64,000 nt of DNA, taken from NCBI RefSeq assembly GCF_009914755.1, contig NC_060935.1; one strand, 5' to 3'. The notes beneath the pieces were generated by a model. The model did not search any database. It was not told the DNA's origin and worked only from the letters and a program-made list of their open reading frames with translations. Of the stretch, positions 27,566 through 46,388 are shown piece by piece (position 1 is the stretch's first letter; each line of letters starts with the position of its first letter). This stretch comes from the human T2T-CHM13v2.0 reference genome, Homo sapiens. The translations under genes and the position numbers were made by a program.

Positions 27566-27939
27566 ACAAAGGGGTAAGATCCATGCACTATTTTAGACCT
27601 TACCAAAGCTCTGGTGTGGTTAAACACAGGATAGGTGTGAATACTTAAATTATCTGTGTACATTAAAATAGGCCCTCTTTGTTGAAGATAAGAAGGAGAG
27701 AGAGGAGGGACACTTAAAATGAACATTTTTACATTTAAGTTTGAGCTACTAAAATTTCAAAGTTCTTTTTTCTTTTTCTATATGTATAATTTCATGCTCT
27801 GCTCTGCAAAAATAACACCTTTTGAAATGTGTTAAGAGCTTTTAACCACTTCTCAAAGTGCTTTTCCATCTATTGCCTAAACTGCGGCTAGCTACAAAGG
27901 ATTTTGAAAGGATTGCCCTGGCTGGGGATTTTGAGATGT

Positions 27940-28075
27940 CTAGTCCAAAGACTTTATTTTATAAATAAGGACACTAAAGTCCAGAGAGGTGAAGTCACTT
28001 GTCCAAGGTCACACAGCTCATAAGCAGCTGGGTCCACCTGAACCAGGATCCTGAGTCCGATGCACTTTCCACTAA
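27940..28075 (-). mobile_element. MIR
   Basis: ccagagaggtgaagtcacttgtccaaggtcacacagct. Confidence 0.75.
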
Positions 28076-28448
28076 TGCAGAATATTGGTTTTCTCAAGGA
28101 TCTAGTTCTTGACAGACACCTAGAGGTGGGAAGTGTACCAAACAGAAATGCACATTGGGGTCCCTAATAGTTTTCTTTGAAGTATATTGAGGAAGTAAAA
28201 TGTGCGGGGCTAGGGATTATGATGATAAGCAAATGTATTGCAGGTGCCAGTCAGAACCTTGCCCATCCTTCCATTTCCTGGTAGTACTGCATCTAAAGCA
28301 GCTCAGAGAAGATATAGTACCCCCAGGGAAGAATACCTCTTCAATGACCTCAGCAATGTATTTACAGATTTAGCCTATTTTCACTCAGAAGATACCATTT
28401 TCTCCAGCAGTAACTAGTGATGGGGTTGGTTCTTATCTGTTTCCATGA

Positions 28449-28835
28449 TGATATGGTGGTTCTGGGTCCCCACCCAAATCTCATCTTGAATTGTAATCCC
28501 CACGTGTGAAGGGAGGAACCTGTAATCCCCACATGCAGAGAGAGGGAGGTGAATGGATCATGGGGGCAGTTTCCCACATGCTGTTCTTGTGATAGTGAGT
28601 GAGTTCTCATGAGATCTGATGGTTTTATAAGCATCTGGCATTTCCCCTGCTTGCATTTCTCTCTCCTGCAACCTTGTGAAGAAGGTGCCTGCTTCCCCTT
28701 TGCCTTCCACCATAATCATAAGTTTCCTGAGGCCTCCCCAGCCATGTGGAACTGCAAGTCTATTAAATCTCTTTTCTTTATAAATTACCCAGTCTCTGTT
28801 ATTTCTTTATAGCAGCATGAGAATGGACTGATACA
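28449..28835 (+). mobile_element. THE1D MaLR solo LTR
   Basis: TGATATGG...cccacccaaatctcatcttgaattgtaatccc...gaatggactgataCA, with a perfect 5-bp TSD CATGA (28444-28448, 28836-28840). Confidence 0.92.
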
Positions 28836-29089
28836 CATGAGATTCTGATCACCTGAGAAATGCAGACACTAACCCCTCTGCATTCCTTCTTAGTGGCTTC
28901 AGGAAGAATATTTAGGTGCCTCAGGAGGTGCTCCTACCTAGGCCTGCTTAGTTTCACCCTGAGATCTCAGACCCACAGGAGTTCCTGAGGCTGGAATGGG
29001 GATTTTCAAGTGATTTCCAATCATACAAAGCACTGACAAGTGATGAGGCTTCAAACAACTCAAGTGATGGTTCACAGAAATGTTAGAGA

Positions 29090-30120
29090 GAATGTAGCAT
29101 AGACTAGGGGTTTAATGTATGTGCTTTGCAAATGCAGGCTCGAAACCCAGCTCTATTACTTCCTAGCTACATGGCTATGAGTAAGTTACTTCCCTTCTTC
29201 AAGCTTCAGTTCCTCATGTGTAAAATGGAAGAAGTGACACCACCTGCACCATACACTTATTTGTTACAATGATTAAATAAGTCAATGTATCTTTAAAAAA
29301 TACATTACAGTGTCTGCTGGCCCATAGTAAATACATAACAAATGGTAGCTGTTAGTGTTGCTGATCTTAGTTCAGAGGTTAAAAGTGTGGGCTCGGGAGT
29401 CAGATCGCCTGGGCTCAGATGCTGGCAAAATGTCCAGAGAGATATTTGGCTCATAGTAAGTATTTGGTAAATGTTTGTAAATAATTACAAATTAGTGTTT
29501 TAGCTAGAATCATCCATTTTAGTATGCATGTTTGTCAGGAGCCATGATGAATAGTTATGTGTGTTACTGAAATAAGAAGACGGTTGTAAATAAAGTATGG
29601 CAGGTAGAAAATCTTTCATTATATGGGTCACTGAGTAGGAACAAAATATAAGGATCTTTGGTGATGCACAATTGGGACTAATTTTCCATGTTCCCCGCAA
29701 AAGCTAATATTCAGTGAGAAAGAGATCAAGGGAAAACATGTCACACACAAAAAGGCAACATTTATTTTTATTTAATGAGCTTTTTTTGAGTATCTCTGTT
29801 CCAGGGACACTGGCAGGCCCTTTATGTACATTGTCATAATGCTCTTGCAACACTATCCAGAGGGCATCGCCATCATTTTACAGATGAGATTAAGAGGTAG
29901 ATCTGTGAAGGTGGAGGTGAGATTAGAACACAGGGCTCTTAGATCCCAGAAACATGGCCCCTATAGGTGTGTGACTTGGGACTAGTCACTTCACCTCTCT
30001 GTGCCTTAGTTTTCTCAGCTGTAAAATGGGGACATTGGTTTCTCCATTACGGGAATGACTGTGAGAATCAAACAAGGCAAATTTGCAAAATCTCTGCACA
30101 CTGTAAAACCCTGTAGACAC
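29090..30120. mobile_element. Cluster of MIR fragments in both orientations
   Basis: MIR cores at ~29140-29350 (+), ~29790-29950 (-) and ~29965-30120 (+; tcacctctctgtgccttagttttctcagctgtaaaatgggg). Confidence 0.7.
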
Positions 30121-30858
30121 TTGAATCTTAATATTTGTCTAACCTCGTCCAGTCTGGTAAGTCTGAAGGGGGTGCTAAAGTGAGCCTCCCTGAGATCCCG
30201 CTGATATGGTTTCCTGGCAGCTCTTTACGGATGATTGGGGTAGTCATTTAGGTGCCAAGGAGCTCTCTGTATTCCACAGCTGGGTCTGTTTCAATCTTCT
30301 CTCCTTGAGAATGAGTCAAAACCCCTTTGACAGCTAATGTGACATGTTTAAAGTGGTATTATCCTGCTCTGAGGCACAATGGGAGGCAGGAAGGTGGGAA
30401 AACACAGGAAGCCGCAGGCCAGGCTCTGCAGACGTGCAGAAACATTTCCAGCTTTTGAGCAAATTATAGGCTGCCCGGGGATCCCAAGGCACTAAACATC
30501 CTGCAGTGAGTTACTGCAATCTGAACACTCATCAAGGCTAATGACTCCTCTGAGTCATTAGAATGCAACTTCTTTTGCTACTCCTAGAGCTGAGAACATG
30601 GGCATCTGGAATAGAAGCAGTCATGGAAATCTTGCTTTTAATAGCCATTAACTGGAACAGGACAAAAACAAAAATAATTTTAGCTACTGATTACTTCTCC
30701 CAAGTTTTTCCTGTTTACTTCAGGGAATCAATTTTGGAACTTGAGGGATGGAAAAATATATGGTGGATATGGCATGCTACCTACCTATGGAATCCAGGGT
30801 TTAAACAAATAGATGTCTTGCTTTACATAAAATACAGTTTATTCCTGAAAAGTTGTGA

Positions 30859-31218
<360 letters not shown>

Positions 31219-31599
31219 TAAAATTATATTGTATGTGTACTCAGGAGGTTGCTGTTTAAAGGGAAGCTACAGGGAATTGCTCAGGAACATACATCACTGT
31301 CCCCTGATTCATGGCTTTCACATTTGGACTTTCCTACTTTCATTTCCAAAAAAGACCACAGGTTCTCTCTTAGCTAGTGCTTGGTCATCAGGGCCCACTG
31401 ACCAAATGAGTGGCCAGAGAAGGGGCATGGCTTCTGCTGCATGGAGCTTTGGGTTAAGTACGCAGAGAGGGAAGGGAATGGTCATTTAACAAAAATTGCA
31501 CGGAGTACCTGATCTATTCCTTCAAATACTTATTTCATTTGGTCTGAAAGGCATATTTGTTATGGGCTGTTCATCCTGGAACAGGGTTAAAACTTCTTT

Positions 31600-31985
31600 C
31601 TGTCCTTCGTGGAAGCAATTCATTCTGTTCTGTAAATATATTCTGTTCTCTCTTGCAAGCACAAGGCAGGCTGCCCTTCCATGATTTGTTGAAATAAAGC
31701 ACAGCCCGGTGACCTGCTTTGGCCAATAAAATGCAACATGGCACCTCTGGGTGGGAGTGTTTCAGAGTCAGTGTGATTTACCATCTTCTCTTTTTCTTTT
31801 TGCCACATAACCTGTAGAGTTCCAGATAAGACTACTTCATTAGCCTGCATCCAGTGTGAGGGTGACATAGAGCACAGTCCCTAGATGTGGGGGTCAGAGA
31901 CACATGGTGCAGAGCACAGAATAAACTGTGCTTTAGGCATTGAGATTTTAGGGTTGTTTGTTCCTCAGCATAATATGGCTAAGAA
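31600..31985 (+). mobile_element. MLT1 (I/J-like) MaLR LTR
   Basis: gtgacctgctttggccaataaaatg...cagagtcagtgtg...gagattttagggttgtttgttcctcagcataa. Confidence 0.65.
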
Positions 31986-32614
31986 ACATTTTGTTTGTTC
32001 AATAAAGATGTCCAGAGATGCTCAGTTCCAATTTAATCAGAGCTCCAACCTGTCGACATGTTGGAGCTCTGATTAAAGTAGAAGTGAGGGAACCCCCTTT
32101 TTGAGGGACTTTGCACTGCTTTTCATCTCAGCATCCACTGTTCTTTCAACAGACCTCTGGCAATGAGAGCAAAGGAAAAGAATTCCTTGTGGGAAATGAT
32201 GCTATGACACTGGGAGGTAGTAATTGATATTTAGGAAATTATATCTCTGATGCATATCTCCTTCCACTAGACTCATGTTCCCTGAGGGCAGGATGACATT
32301 TGTTCCCAGGGCCTAGCGTAGCACCAGGCACATGGCAGGTACTCTATAAGTGATGTATGTGTTAGGTATGGTAAGTTGTTCAGAATATGGGTGCTGGAAG
32401 GAGGCAGAGCTGGGCCTTTATTTTGACAGTTGTAAACTAGGCATATAATAATGTTTACTTCAAAGTATTTCTATGAAGATTAAATAAAAGAATATATATC
32501 AGGAACATGACCTAGGGCTTGGCATGTGGTAAATTCTCCAAAAGCGGTAGCTGATATTGGTTACTTATGGTAGAGAGTGGAAAAACACCCAAACCTTTTC
32601 TGAGTGAGAAAAAT

Positions 32615-33629
32615 TTCCAGCCATTTGAGTTATATCCCTCAGGAAAATATGTTGAAATTTGAAGTTGTGAAGGCTGTCCCATCCTCAAATATGCCATCTC
32701 GTTAATTGATTATTTAGAGTTGAAAACACTTGGAGAAATTGTAGTTTCAGAAAGGGAGAGCTGACCTGTCTTTTCCTGCATGTAGCCTATGATAAAGATT
32801 CCTCTGGGAGGGGTAACCTCTCCATACCAGGTGAGAAAATGCCCTTATCATGAGAGACTTGGAAATGGAGGCTGCGATCGACTTGAATAAACATACTTAA
32901 CAAAGTAACGCTTATCATCGGCCACCTGTTTTACATTCCCCATATATCTTCCAGTGACTCCCCTAGGAAATTTACTATGCCCAGCCAGATTTTCTTTGTC
33001 CTGTCATTTCTTCTCGAATTTATCATTCTTCATCCAAAATGCACAAAAGCATCTTGCTTTGGCCACTTCTACAGACTTCACTCTCTTAAGATCTCCATGT
33101 ATATGTAAAACTAACACAATTTGTGTATTTTTCTCTTGTTTATGTGCCTGGTGTCAATTTGACTTCTAGAACCAGCTGAAGAGCCCACTAAAAGCTATAA
33201 TGGGGTGGTGGAGGTGATCTTCAGCTCTCCACAAATTCTAATGTCGGGTGCCTGTGACCCTATTTGGAATAGGGTCTTTGCAGATGTGGTCAAGATGAAG
33301 TTAGTGTGGGCCCTAATCTAAAAGCACTGGTATCCTTATAAGAAGAGGAGAAGACAGGGACATGCAGGAAGAAATAGCCAAGGGATGATAGAAACAGAGA
33401 TTGGACTGATGCATCCAGAGGCAAGGAATGCCAAGGATTGCCAGCAAATAACAGAAGCTAGAAGGGGCGGCAAGGAGTGTCCCCCACAGGTGTCAGAGGG
33501 AGCACGACCTGCTGACACCTGATTTTGGACTTCTTGCTGTTAGAACTATGAGAAAATAAATTTCTGTTGTTTTAAGCCATCCAATTTGTAGTATTTTGTT
33601 ACATACAGTAGCCCTAGGAAGCAAATATG
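32615..33629 (+). mobile_element. MLT1B/C MaLR LTR interrupted by MER34A
   Basis: tgtgaccctatttggaatagggtctttgcagatgt...aaggaatgccaaggattgccagc...aaataaatttctgttgttttaagcca...gccctaggaagcaaata. Confidence 0.8.
32660..33233 (+). mobile_element. MER34A-like ERV1 solo LTR
   Basis: TG...CA ends with a perfect 4-bp TSD AATT (32656-32659, 33234-33237). Internal cacttggagaaattgtagtttcagaaaggg...aaagattcctctgggagggg. Confidence 0.8.
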
Positions 33630-35620
33630 CCAACCATCCAATTTTTGTGTAGTAGCTATGAGTAGTGGTGATATCACAATTCCTTCCCTGTACATTTCTT
33701 AAAGCTCAAAGTCTGTTGGAATTTCATCAAGGCAAGTGTAAGTGAAGTTTCCTCCATCTGACAAAGGCATGCAAATTACATCACTATCTTCAGTTTCCAT
33801 CAGGAGCCAGAAAAATCCTCTTGAATGTTTGAATTCAGTTACACGAGAGAGAAAGAAAAACAAAGATAATGTTCACTTAGGAGAATGTTATTTCTTGAGA
33901 AAAAGACTCTTAACCCTTATCTCGGCCTGTAGAAGAGTGATTCTTGCAAATTTCCTAAAATAGAATTGAAAAAAGAACCCTGAACAACACCCACTCAAGT
34001 AGACATGTTCATTTAGGCTTCTTGGCACCAAGTCCAGCAATAAAGGGCTTAATTAAAACAGAGTCAGTGACATTAGGCAAACCCTTGCAGCTGGGCTCAG
34101 GAGGAGGGATATGCACTTTCAACTCTAACAAAGGCTCGCTGTTGCCAATGGAACCACCATTCCACATATTTTTTGGCAGGAAGGGAACCTGTCCTCTGAG
34201 AACCTGCAAGATGCTATTTTTAGAGCTCAGTAGCAGTCTCCCAGAGGCAACAGTACAGCAAGAAAACATAGCTAGGTCTAAGAAGCCCAGGAAGCAGATC
34301 TAAGAAATCCTCGAAGGCTGTGTAGGCCTGGAGGGCAGAACTGGAGAGACTCAAGTGAGGTAACTGTCCATGCCTTGGAAGAGCTTTAAAATCACACTTT
34401 CCACTGCTTTCTGTGGAACGTCCTCAGGGACGTGTGACTGAAGTGCGGGATGGGGTGGCCACAGACAACTGAACATGTTAGTGGTGGTTCACTCATAATC
34501 CTTCTTTGGTGTTATTTTCTATCCTGAAGAATATTTTGATTATTTGAACCCACTGAACAACCATAGCTAACTTCCTGTACCTTGGAAAGCCTATCCTGTT
34601 CGCCTCTGAGGTGGGAAGTTACAGAGGGAGTGGCTATGTCCCCCTCCCAGCCCCATGGAGGCCCCCTTTCCTTCTGACCCTCCCAGATAACCAGTGGATG
34701 TGGAGTGCTCCTGACTTTAGAGCCCAGGTGTAAAGGTGTGGACCCTGACATCTGTCCATGTGACTCCATCAGTGGGACCTCCCTGGAATGGATGGGGGTT
34801 CCTCAATTTCCCACACTTGAGATTAACAAGTGCTTAGGCCCTGTACTGATTTCATGCATTCTGCTTTGCGCCAGGCATTGTGCTGAGTACATGGAAAACA
34901 AGTGTGAGCAAGACTTCATCTCTGATCCAGAGTGGTTTTCTGATCTAGTCAGATCAGAAACAAACAAACAAAAAACCCCAAAAAACCTTGCAATGGGGTA
35001 TAACAGAAACATTATTTGAAGACCAACGAGAATTAGAGAACAAGCGGGCCCAGAATGGCTAATTCACAGAGTGAGAGAGCTGCAGAGCTGGGCCTGGAGT
35101 CCCTTCTAGGGCCCCTTGGCCCTGCCCTTTCTCTGCCTCCCTCTTGTTCCTGCAGGATGATTTTCCTCCAGTAGACTTGAAGCTCAGAAGGGCAGGAACT
35201 GTATCCTCCACTTCCACTGATTGCATGGGTCCCCTAATGCAGCCCTGCAAACATAGTGTTTACTTCAGAAAGGGATTTCTGCATAGATGGTCTATTCCTT
35301 TCTCTGAATGTGAGAATGGAGCATTTAGAACAAGGGCAATGTAAGTTTTTCTACGACTATATCTAACTATGTGAGTTTGGGAAAGTTACCAGACCTCTCT
35401 GAGCCTGTTCCTCAGTCGGTAAGATGAAGAAGGTAGAACAGATAACTTCCAAAACTCTAGAGTTCCATGACTCTAATCTACCAAGGCACGCAGTTATCTG
35501 TGACTCGGAGCTAGACAGACCTGGGTTCAAAGCCCAAATCCAACCCTTATTTATTGTGCAACTTTGGCATATTATTTAACTCCACCGAATCTCCATTGCT
35601 TATTATTAAAATGTAGCTGT

Positions 35621-36017
<397 letters not shown>

Positions 36018-36480
36018 TTAAATAAAATAATACATGTACAAAGTCAGTCGTAAAGGAGCCTCTCTTTAAATTTTCAGGTGGAATTTAAGAAATGTTTGTC
36101 AAAGGTATGAATGTCACTGCCTCTCCAAGAGACACAGAATTTCATGCTATGGTTCATGGACAGGGCAACCACATACTTTAGTTTCCCTGTGTCTTGACAC
36201 AATTATTAACACAATTATTTATTTTTCTTTTCACTCTCAAAAACTCACTGATCTGTAGATCCAGTCTACTAATTTCAAAACTACATTTTCTAGGTGTCTA
36301 CTATAGAAAGTCAAGCTCATTCTCTTAGCATTATTTTGAGTCCTTTCCCTGTGTAGTCATTAATTAAAATCCTGGTAATAACACAAAGCCTCTGTGAAGT
36401 GGCTTACAGTTGGCCATCCATATCCACAGGTTCTACATCTTGGATTCAACCTACTGTGGATTGAAAATACTAGGAAAAAA

Positions 36481-36839
<359 letters not shown>

Positions 36840-36865
36840 TTAAAAATGTAGTGTAATGACTATTT

Positions 36866-37319
36866 TTTTCTTTTTTTTTTTTTTACATTAGGTTCTAGGA
36901 TATATGTGCAGAATGTATTGTTACATAGGTATACATGTGCCATGGTGGTTTGCTGCACCTGTCAACCTGTCATCTAGGTTTTAAGCCCCACATGCATTAG
37001 GTATTTGTCCTAATGCTATCCCTTCCCTTACCCCGCCCCCTCCTTGACCCGCCGACAGGCCCCAGTGTATGTTATTCCCCTCCCTGTGTCTGTGTGTTTT
37101 CACTGTTCAACTCCCACATGTGAGCGAGAACATGTGGAGTTTGGTTTTCTGTTTCTGTGTTAGTTTGCTGAGAATGATGGCTTCCAGCTTCATCCATATC
37201 CCTGCAAAGGACACAATCTCATTCTTTTTTATGGCTGCATAGTATTCCATGGTGTATATGTGCCACATTTTCTTTATCCAGTCTATCACTGATGGGCATT
37301 TGGGTTGGTTCCAAGTCTT
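36866..37319 (-). mobile_element. 5'-truncated L1PA8-like 3' end
   Basis: T tail, then ctaggttttaagccccacatgcattaggtatttgtcctaatgc. ORF 37107..37289 is the ORF2 C-terminus. TSD gtaaYRactattt at 36853-36865 and 37320-37332. Confidence 0.88.
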
Positions 37320-39599
37320 GTAACAACTATTTACGTAGAATTTACATTGTATTAGGTATAGTAAGTAATCTAGAGATGATTTAAAGTATATTGTAGGATA
37401 TGTATGTTATATGCAAATACTATACCATTTTATATCAGGGATTTGAGCATCCATGGATTTTGGTATCCGGGGGGAAGGGGGTCTGGGAGGTTGATTATAT
37501 ATCACCCACAGTCTTTTGCCCTTCATGACTTTTTGGTAGTCTTCAATTCACTCTTTGCCAAACTCTATGGAGGGAGACTTAAAGGTGTTAAACCAGCAAA
37601 CCTCAGTCCTACTGTTGGCTCCTTGAAGACCTGATCTTTGGACTGAGGCAAGTCATGTCATTATTGCCTTAGTTGCCATATGTAAAAAGTAAGAAAGAAG
37701 AAAAAAAGAAGCCAACATTTATTTAGCTCCCATTGGGAACATTTTATAAATGCTATGCCATTTACTTACTGCCACAAGTCTGGGAGGTATATGTTGTTGT
37801 CCTCATTTACACCTGAGATTAACGAAGCTCAATAAAATGAGGTAATATCACTGAGGTAAGTTGGCAAAGTAGTAAGGGAAAGCAGGTAAGAAACCATTGT
37901 GCCTTCTTGCCTTTCTTGTTGGAGTTTCAGGTGATGATTGTAAAACACTAAGCCCTATAGAAGACAGGCTTCTATTAACACAGAGAAAAACTGAAATAGG
38001 TTTCTAATTGTTTGTATTTTTTTTTTTCTTCCTGGAATTTGCAAATCTCAGATATTGCTCTATCCTCTTTGTTGATTATGAGATTTTATTTTTGGCAGAA
38101 AATAATTGTTCCAGTTGAGTTCCAAGAGTTGAAAGAGTTTCTCCATCTGTTCTTCTTGAATAAGAAGAATGCTGATAAGGTGTGCAAATAGCTGAAGAAG
38201 TATACATGCAATTTTCACTAAAAATCGTGAGTACATGGAAAAGCTGATGAAGAAGGCCTTGAACCTCCATCACATCATTAGCTGACTGAACATTTTATAA
38301 TCAGGAGGGGGAAAAAAGGCGGAATAGAAGGAAATTTCAGCTGAAATTGACACCTCTGTCCAAATAGAATATCACTTCAGAATCTAAAAATTCTAATTCC
38401 ACAAGTCACAGATGTTTCCAATTAGAACAGAGAAAGTTAATGTAGTTTCAGCTGTTACTTAGAATATTAAAATGTGCCAAGAAACTCAGAGAGAGTTGGT
38501 ACAAAGAAGTTTCTTTTTCTACTAAAATATTTACTCCTTCAGAAATAATAATCAGAGGCTTTAGGCCCCTTTCCCTGAAAAGTCACACTTAACACTCTTC
38601 ACTTTCTTTTATGGCTGTGAACATGGCACAGACCCACACATGCCTCCACTTTATAAAACAAACACCTTCCTGACGTCTAGAAGGCCTCTAGTGAATCTGG
38701 GTCTCTGGGCAGTAAGTTGTTTGGAATGTGTCTCTGTTCTAATACAAACATTTGATATCCAAAGCAAATAATCATCAAACCTGCGATTCTGAAATTACTG
38801 TCCCCCTGACTCAGAGGCGCAGCCAATGAGTCATTTATTTACATGTAACTACAAGATAAGGAGAGAAAAACATCCTATCTGCTTGTTTTTCCAAAGCAGG
38901 TTTGAGAAGTAGTCACACATTTTTTTCCACTGAATCATAAATCTGCAGCCTCAGTTTAAGAAATAGGCTAGGAGCTCAGAACCCTGTGAAGATACACCAA
39001 GATAATAGTCCCCTAAACCAAGAAAAAGCTGAAATTGTAAAAGCTCGAATCCATTTTATGCTAGCATTTATGAGGCAGTTCTATGGGCAGGCATCTGAGT
39101 CCTATCCTGAAGTAATTTGTAAGTGGAAGACCCCACCCACTTTAATTTACCAGATAAACATTTCTGGAGCTATCATCGCATATTAGTTATGAAAGCTGGA
39201 ATTTAATAAGAGAGAACAGAATGCAGTTTTCAAAGTGCACAGAAGTTCACTGGGAAAACATATGCTTAAACTTCAGGGACCATGATCCCTGGAAGCAAAT
39301 GTAAGAGACAGCTAAGTGCCTGGAATTATATGTCTGAAAGGATTACTCATCAGATGCAATTAAGCAGGGGGAAGGGGAGAAGCACACATTTGATCTAATG
39401 TGTTGTTTTGACTAAGTTCCGCCTCCAAACTACAAATCCCTCGAAAGGAAGGAATCTCAGAACATTCAAGATCAGGAAAGTTAAAGGCCAAAAAAGTATT
39501 TGCTTTGAAATGATTGAGAAAAGATGTGTGTGTCTCTGGTCAGGGATAAGTTCCAGTGAGACCCACTCCAACTTGCAAAACATTGATATTATTGGGAAG

Positions 39600-39800
39600 C
39601 TTCAGAGCAGACAGTCAGACAGACTTAGACCCAAATTCTAGGTCATCTGGTTAGTAGTGACCTTGACAAATGACTACAGTTGAGCCTCAGTTTTCTCATC
39701 TGTAAAATAGGGGCAATGAAATGTTTCCAATAGAGCAGTGACAATTAAAGATAATATATGAAAAGTAGTGAGCACAATGCCTGATACATTTCTATTCAAA
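39600..39800 (+). mobile_element. MIR
   Basis: gtgaccttgacaaatgact...tgagcctcagttttctcatctgtaaaatagg. Confidence 0.75.
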
Positions 39801-40055
39801 TACCTAATTCTTTGAAGAAAAGTTTCTAACAGAAACTTTTGATGTTGACAGAAAACAGTCAAACCACAACAGCAAGAGAGGAAGAAAGGAACAGAGGATC
39901 CACAAAATAACCAGGAAACCATTAAAAAAATGGCAGTAGTGAGTCCTTACTTATCAATAATTACTTTGAATGTAAATGAATTAATTCTCCTATCAAAAGG
40001 CTAACGTGGCTGAATGGTTTAAAAAAAAAAAAAAAGACCCACTATATTTTGCCTA

Positions 40056-40388
<333 letters not shown>

Positions 40389-40699
40389 GGAGAGGGTGGA
40401 GCCAAGAGGGCCTAATAGGAACTGCTCCAGTCTACAGCTCCCAGCGTGAGCAACAGAGAAGACGTATGATTTCTGCATTTCCAACTGAGGTACCGAGTTC
40501 ATCTCACTGGGGAGTGTCAGAAAGTGGATGCAGGACAGTGGGTGCAGCGCACCGGGCATGAGCCGAAGCAGGGCGAGGCATTGCCTCACCCAGGAAGCAC
40601 AAGGGGTCAGGGAGTTCCCTTTCCTAGTCAAAGAAAGGGGTGACAGACGGCACCTGGAAAATCGGGTCACTCCCACCCTAATACTGCGCTGTTCCAACA

Positions 40700-41000
40700 G
40701 TCTTAGCAAATGGCACACCAGGAGATTATATCCCGTGCATGGCTCGGAGGGTCCTATGCCCATGGAGCCTTGCTCATTGCTAGTACAGCAGTCTGAGATC
40801 AAACTGCAAGGTGGCAGCGAGGCTGGGGGAGGAATGCCCACTCTTGCTGAGGCTTGAGTAGGTAAACAAAGCAGCCGGGAAGCTCGAACTGGGTGGAGCC
40901 CACTGCAGCCCAAGGAGGCCTGCCTGCCTCTGTAGACTCCACCTCTCGCGGCAGGGCAATGCCAAACAAAAGGCAGCAGAAACCTCTGCAGACTTAAATG
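40700..41000 (-). promoter_or_regulatory. L1 antisense promoter region (predicted by position), oriented co-directionally with ME3
   Basis: The established ASP position is ~+400 to +600 of the L1PA 5'UTR. An ORF0-homologous frame is present (PPPASLPPCSLISDCC...IRVGVTRFSRC). Activity cannot be shown from sequence. Confidence 0.5.
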
Positions 41001-41416
41001 TCTCTGTCTGACAGCGTTGAAGATAGTAGTGGTTCTCCCAGCACACAGCTTACATCTGAGAATGGCCAGACTGCCTCCACAAGTGGGTCCCTGACCCCCA
41101 AATAGCCTAACTGGGAGGCAACATCCAGTAGGGGCAGACTGACACCTCACATGGCTGGGTACCCCTGTGAGACAAAACTTCCAGAGGAACGATCAGGCAG
41201 CAACATTTGCTGTTCACCAATATCTGCTGTTCTGCAGCCTCTGCTGCTGATACCCAGGCGAACAGGGTCTGGAGTGGACCTCCAGCAACTCCAACAGACC
41301 TGCAGCTGAGGGTCCTAACTGTTAGAAGGAAAACTAACAAACAGAAAGGACATCCACACCAAACCCCATCTGTACGTCACCATCATCACAGACCAAAGGT
41401 AGATAAAACCACAAAG

Positions 41417-42423
41417 ATGGGGAAAAAACAGAGCAGAAAAACTGGCAACTCTAAAAATCAGAGTGCCTCTCCTCCTCCAAAGGAACGCAGCTCCTCACCA
41501 GCAATGGAACAAAGCTGGACAGAGAATGACTTTGACAGGTTGAGAGAAGAAGGCTTCAGATGATCAAACTACTCTGAGCTAAAGGAGGAAGTTCGAACCC
41601 ATGGCAAAGAAGTTAAAAACCTTGAAAAAAGATTAGACAAATGGCTTCCTAGAATAACCAATGCAGAGAAATCCTTAAAGGACCTGATGGAGCTGAAAAC
41701 CAAGGCACGAGAACTACGTGACGAATGCACAAGCCTCAGTAGCTGATTGGATCAACTGGAAGAAAGGGTATCAGTGATGGAAGATCAAATGAATGAAATG
41801 AAGTGAGAAGAGAAGTTTAGAGAAAAAAGAATAAAAAGAAATGAACAAAGCCTCCAAGAAATATGGGACTATGTGAAAAGACCAAATCTATGTCTGACTG
41901 GTGTACCTGAAAGTGACGGGGCGAATGGAACCAAGTTGGAAAATACTCTGCCGGATATTATACATGAGAACTTCCCCAATCTAGTCAGGAAGGTCAACAT
42001 TCAAATTCAGAGAATGCCACAAAGATAATCCTTGAGAAGAGCAACTCCAAGACACATAATTGTCAGATTCACCAAAGTTTAAATGAAGGAAAAAATGTTG
42101 AGGGCAGCCAGAGAGAAAGGTTGGGTTACCCACAAAGGGAAGCCCATCAGACTAACAGCTGATCTCTTGGCAGAAACTCTACAAGCCAGAAGAGAGTGGG
42201 GGCCAATATTCAACATTCTTAAAGAAAAGAATTTTCAAGCCAGAATTTCATATCCAGCCAAACTAGCTTCATAAGTGAAGGAGAAATAAAATACTTCATA
42301 GACAAGCAAATGCTGAGAGATTTTGTCACCACCAGGCCTGCCCTACAAGAGCTCCTGAAGGAAGCACTAAACATGGAAAGGAACAACCAGTACTAGCCAC
42401 TGCACAAACACACAAAAATGTAG
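41417..42423 (+). pseudogene. L1 ORF1 (disrupted)
   Basis: MGKKQSRKTGNSK... with a premature TGA at 41561-41563 and further stops/frameshifts. Confidence 0.9.
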
Positions 42424-42486
42424 AGACCATCGAGGCTAGGAAGAAACTGCATCAACTAACAAGCAAACTAACCAGCTAACATCATA

Positions 42487-46388
<3,902 letters not shown>

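Noticed and set aside
28491-28550. Internal tgtaatccccac duplication in THE1D
   Set aside because: As I recall, this is a recurrent variant of THE1D-type LTRs, so it is not locus-specific.
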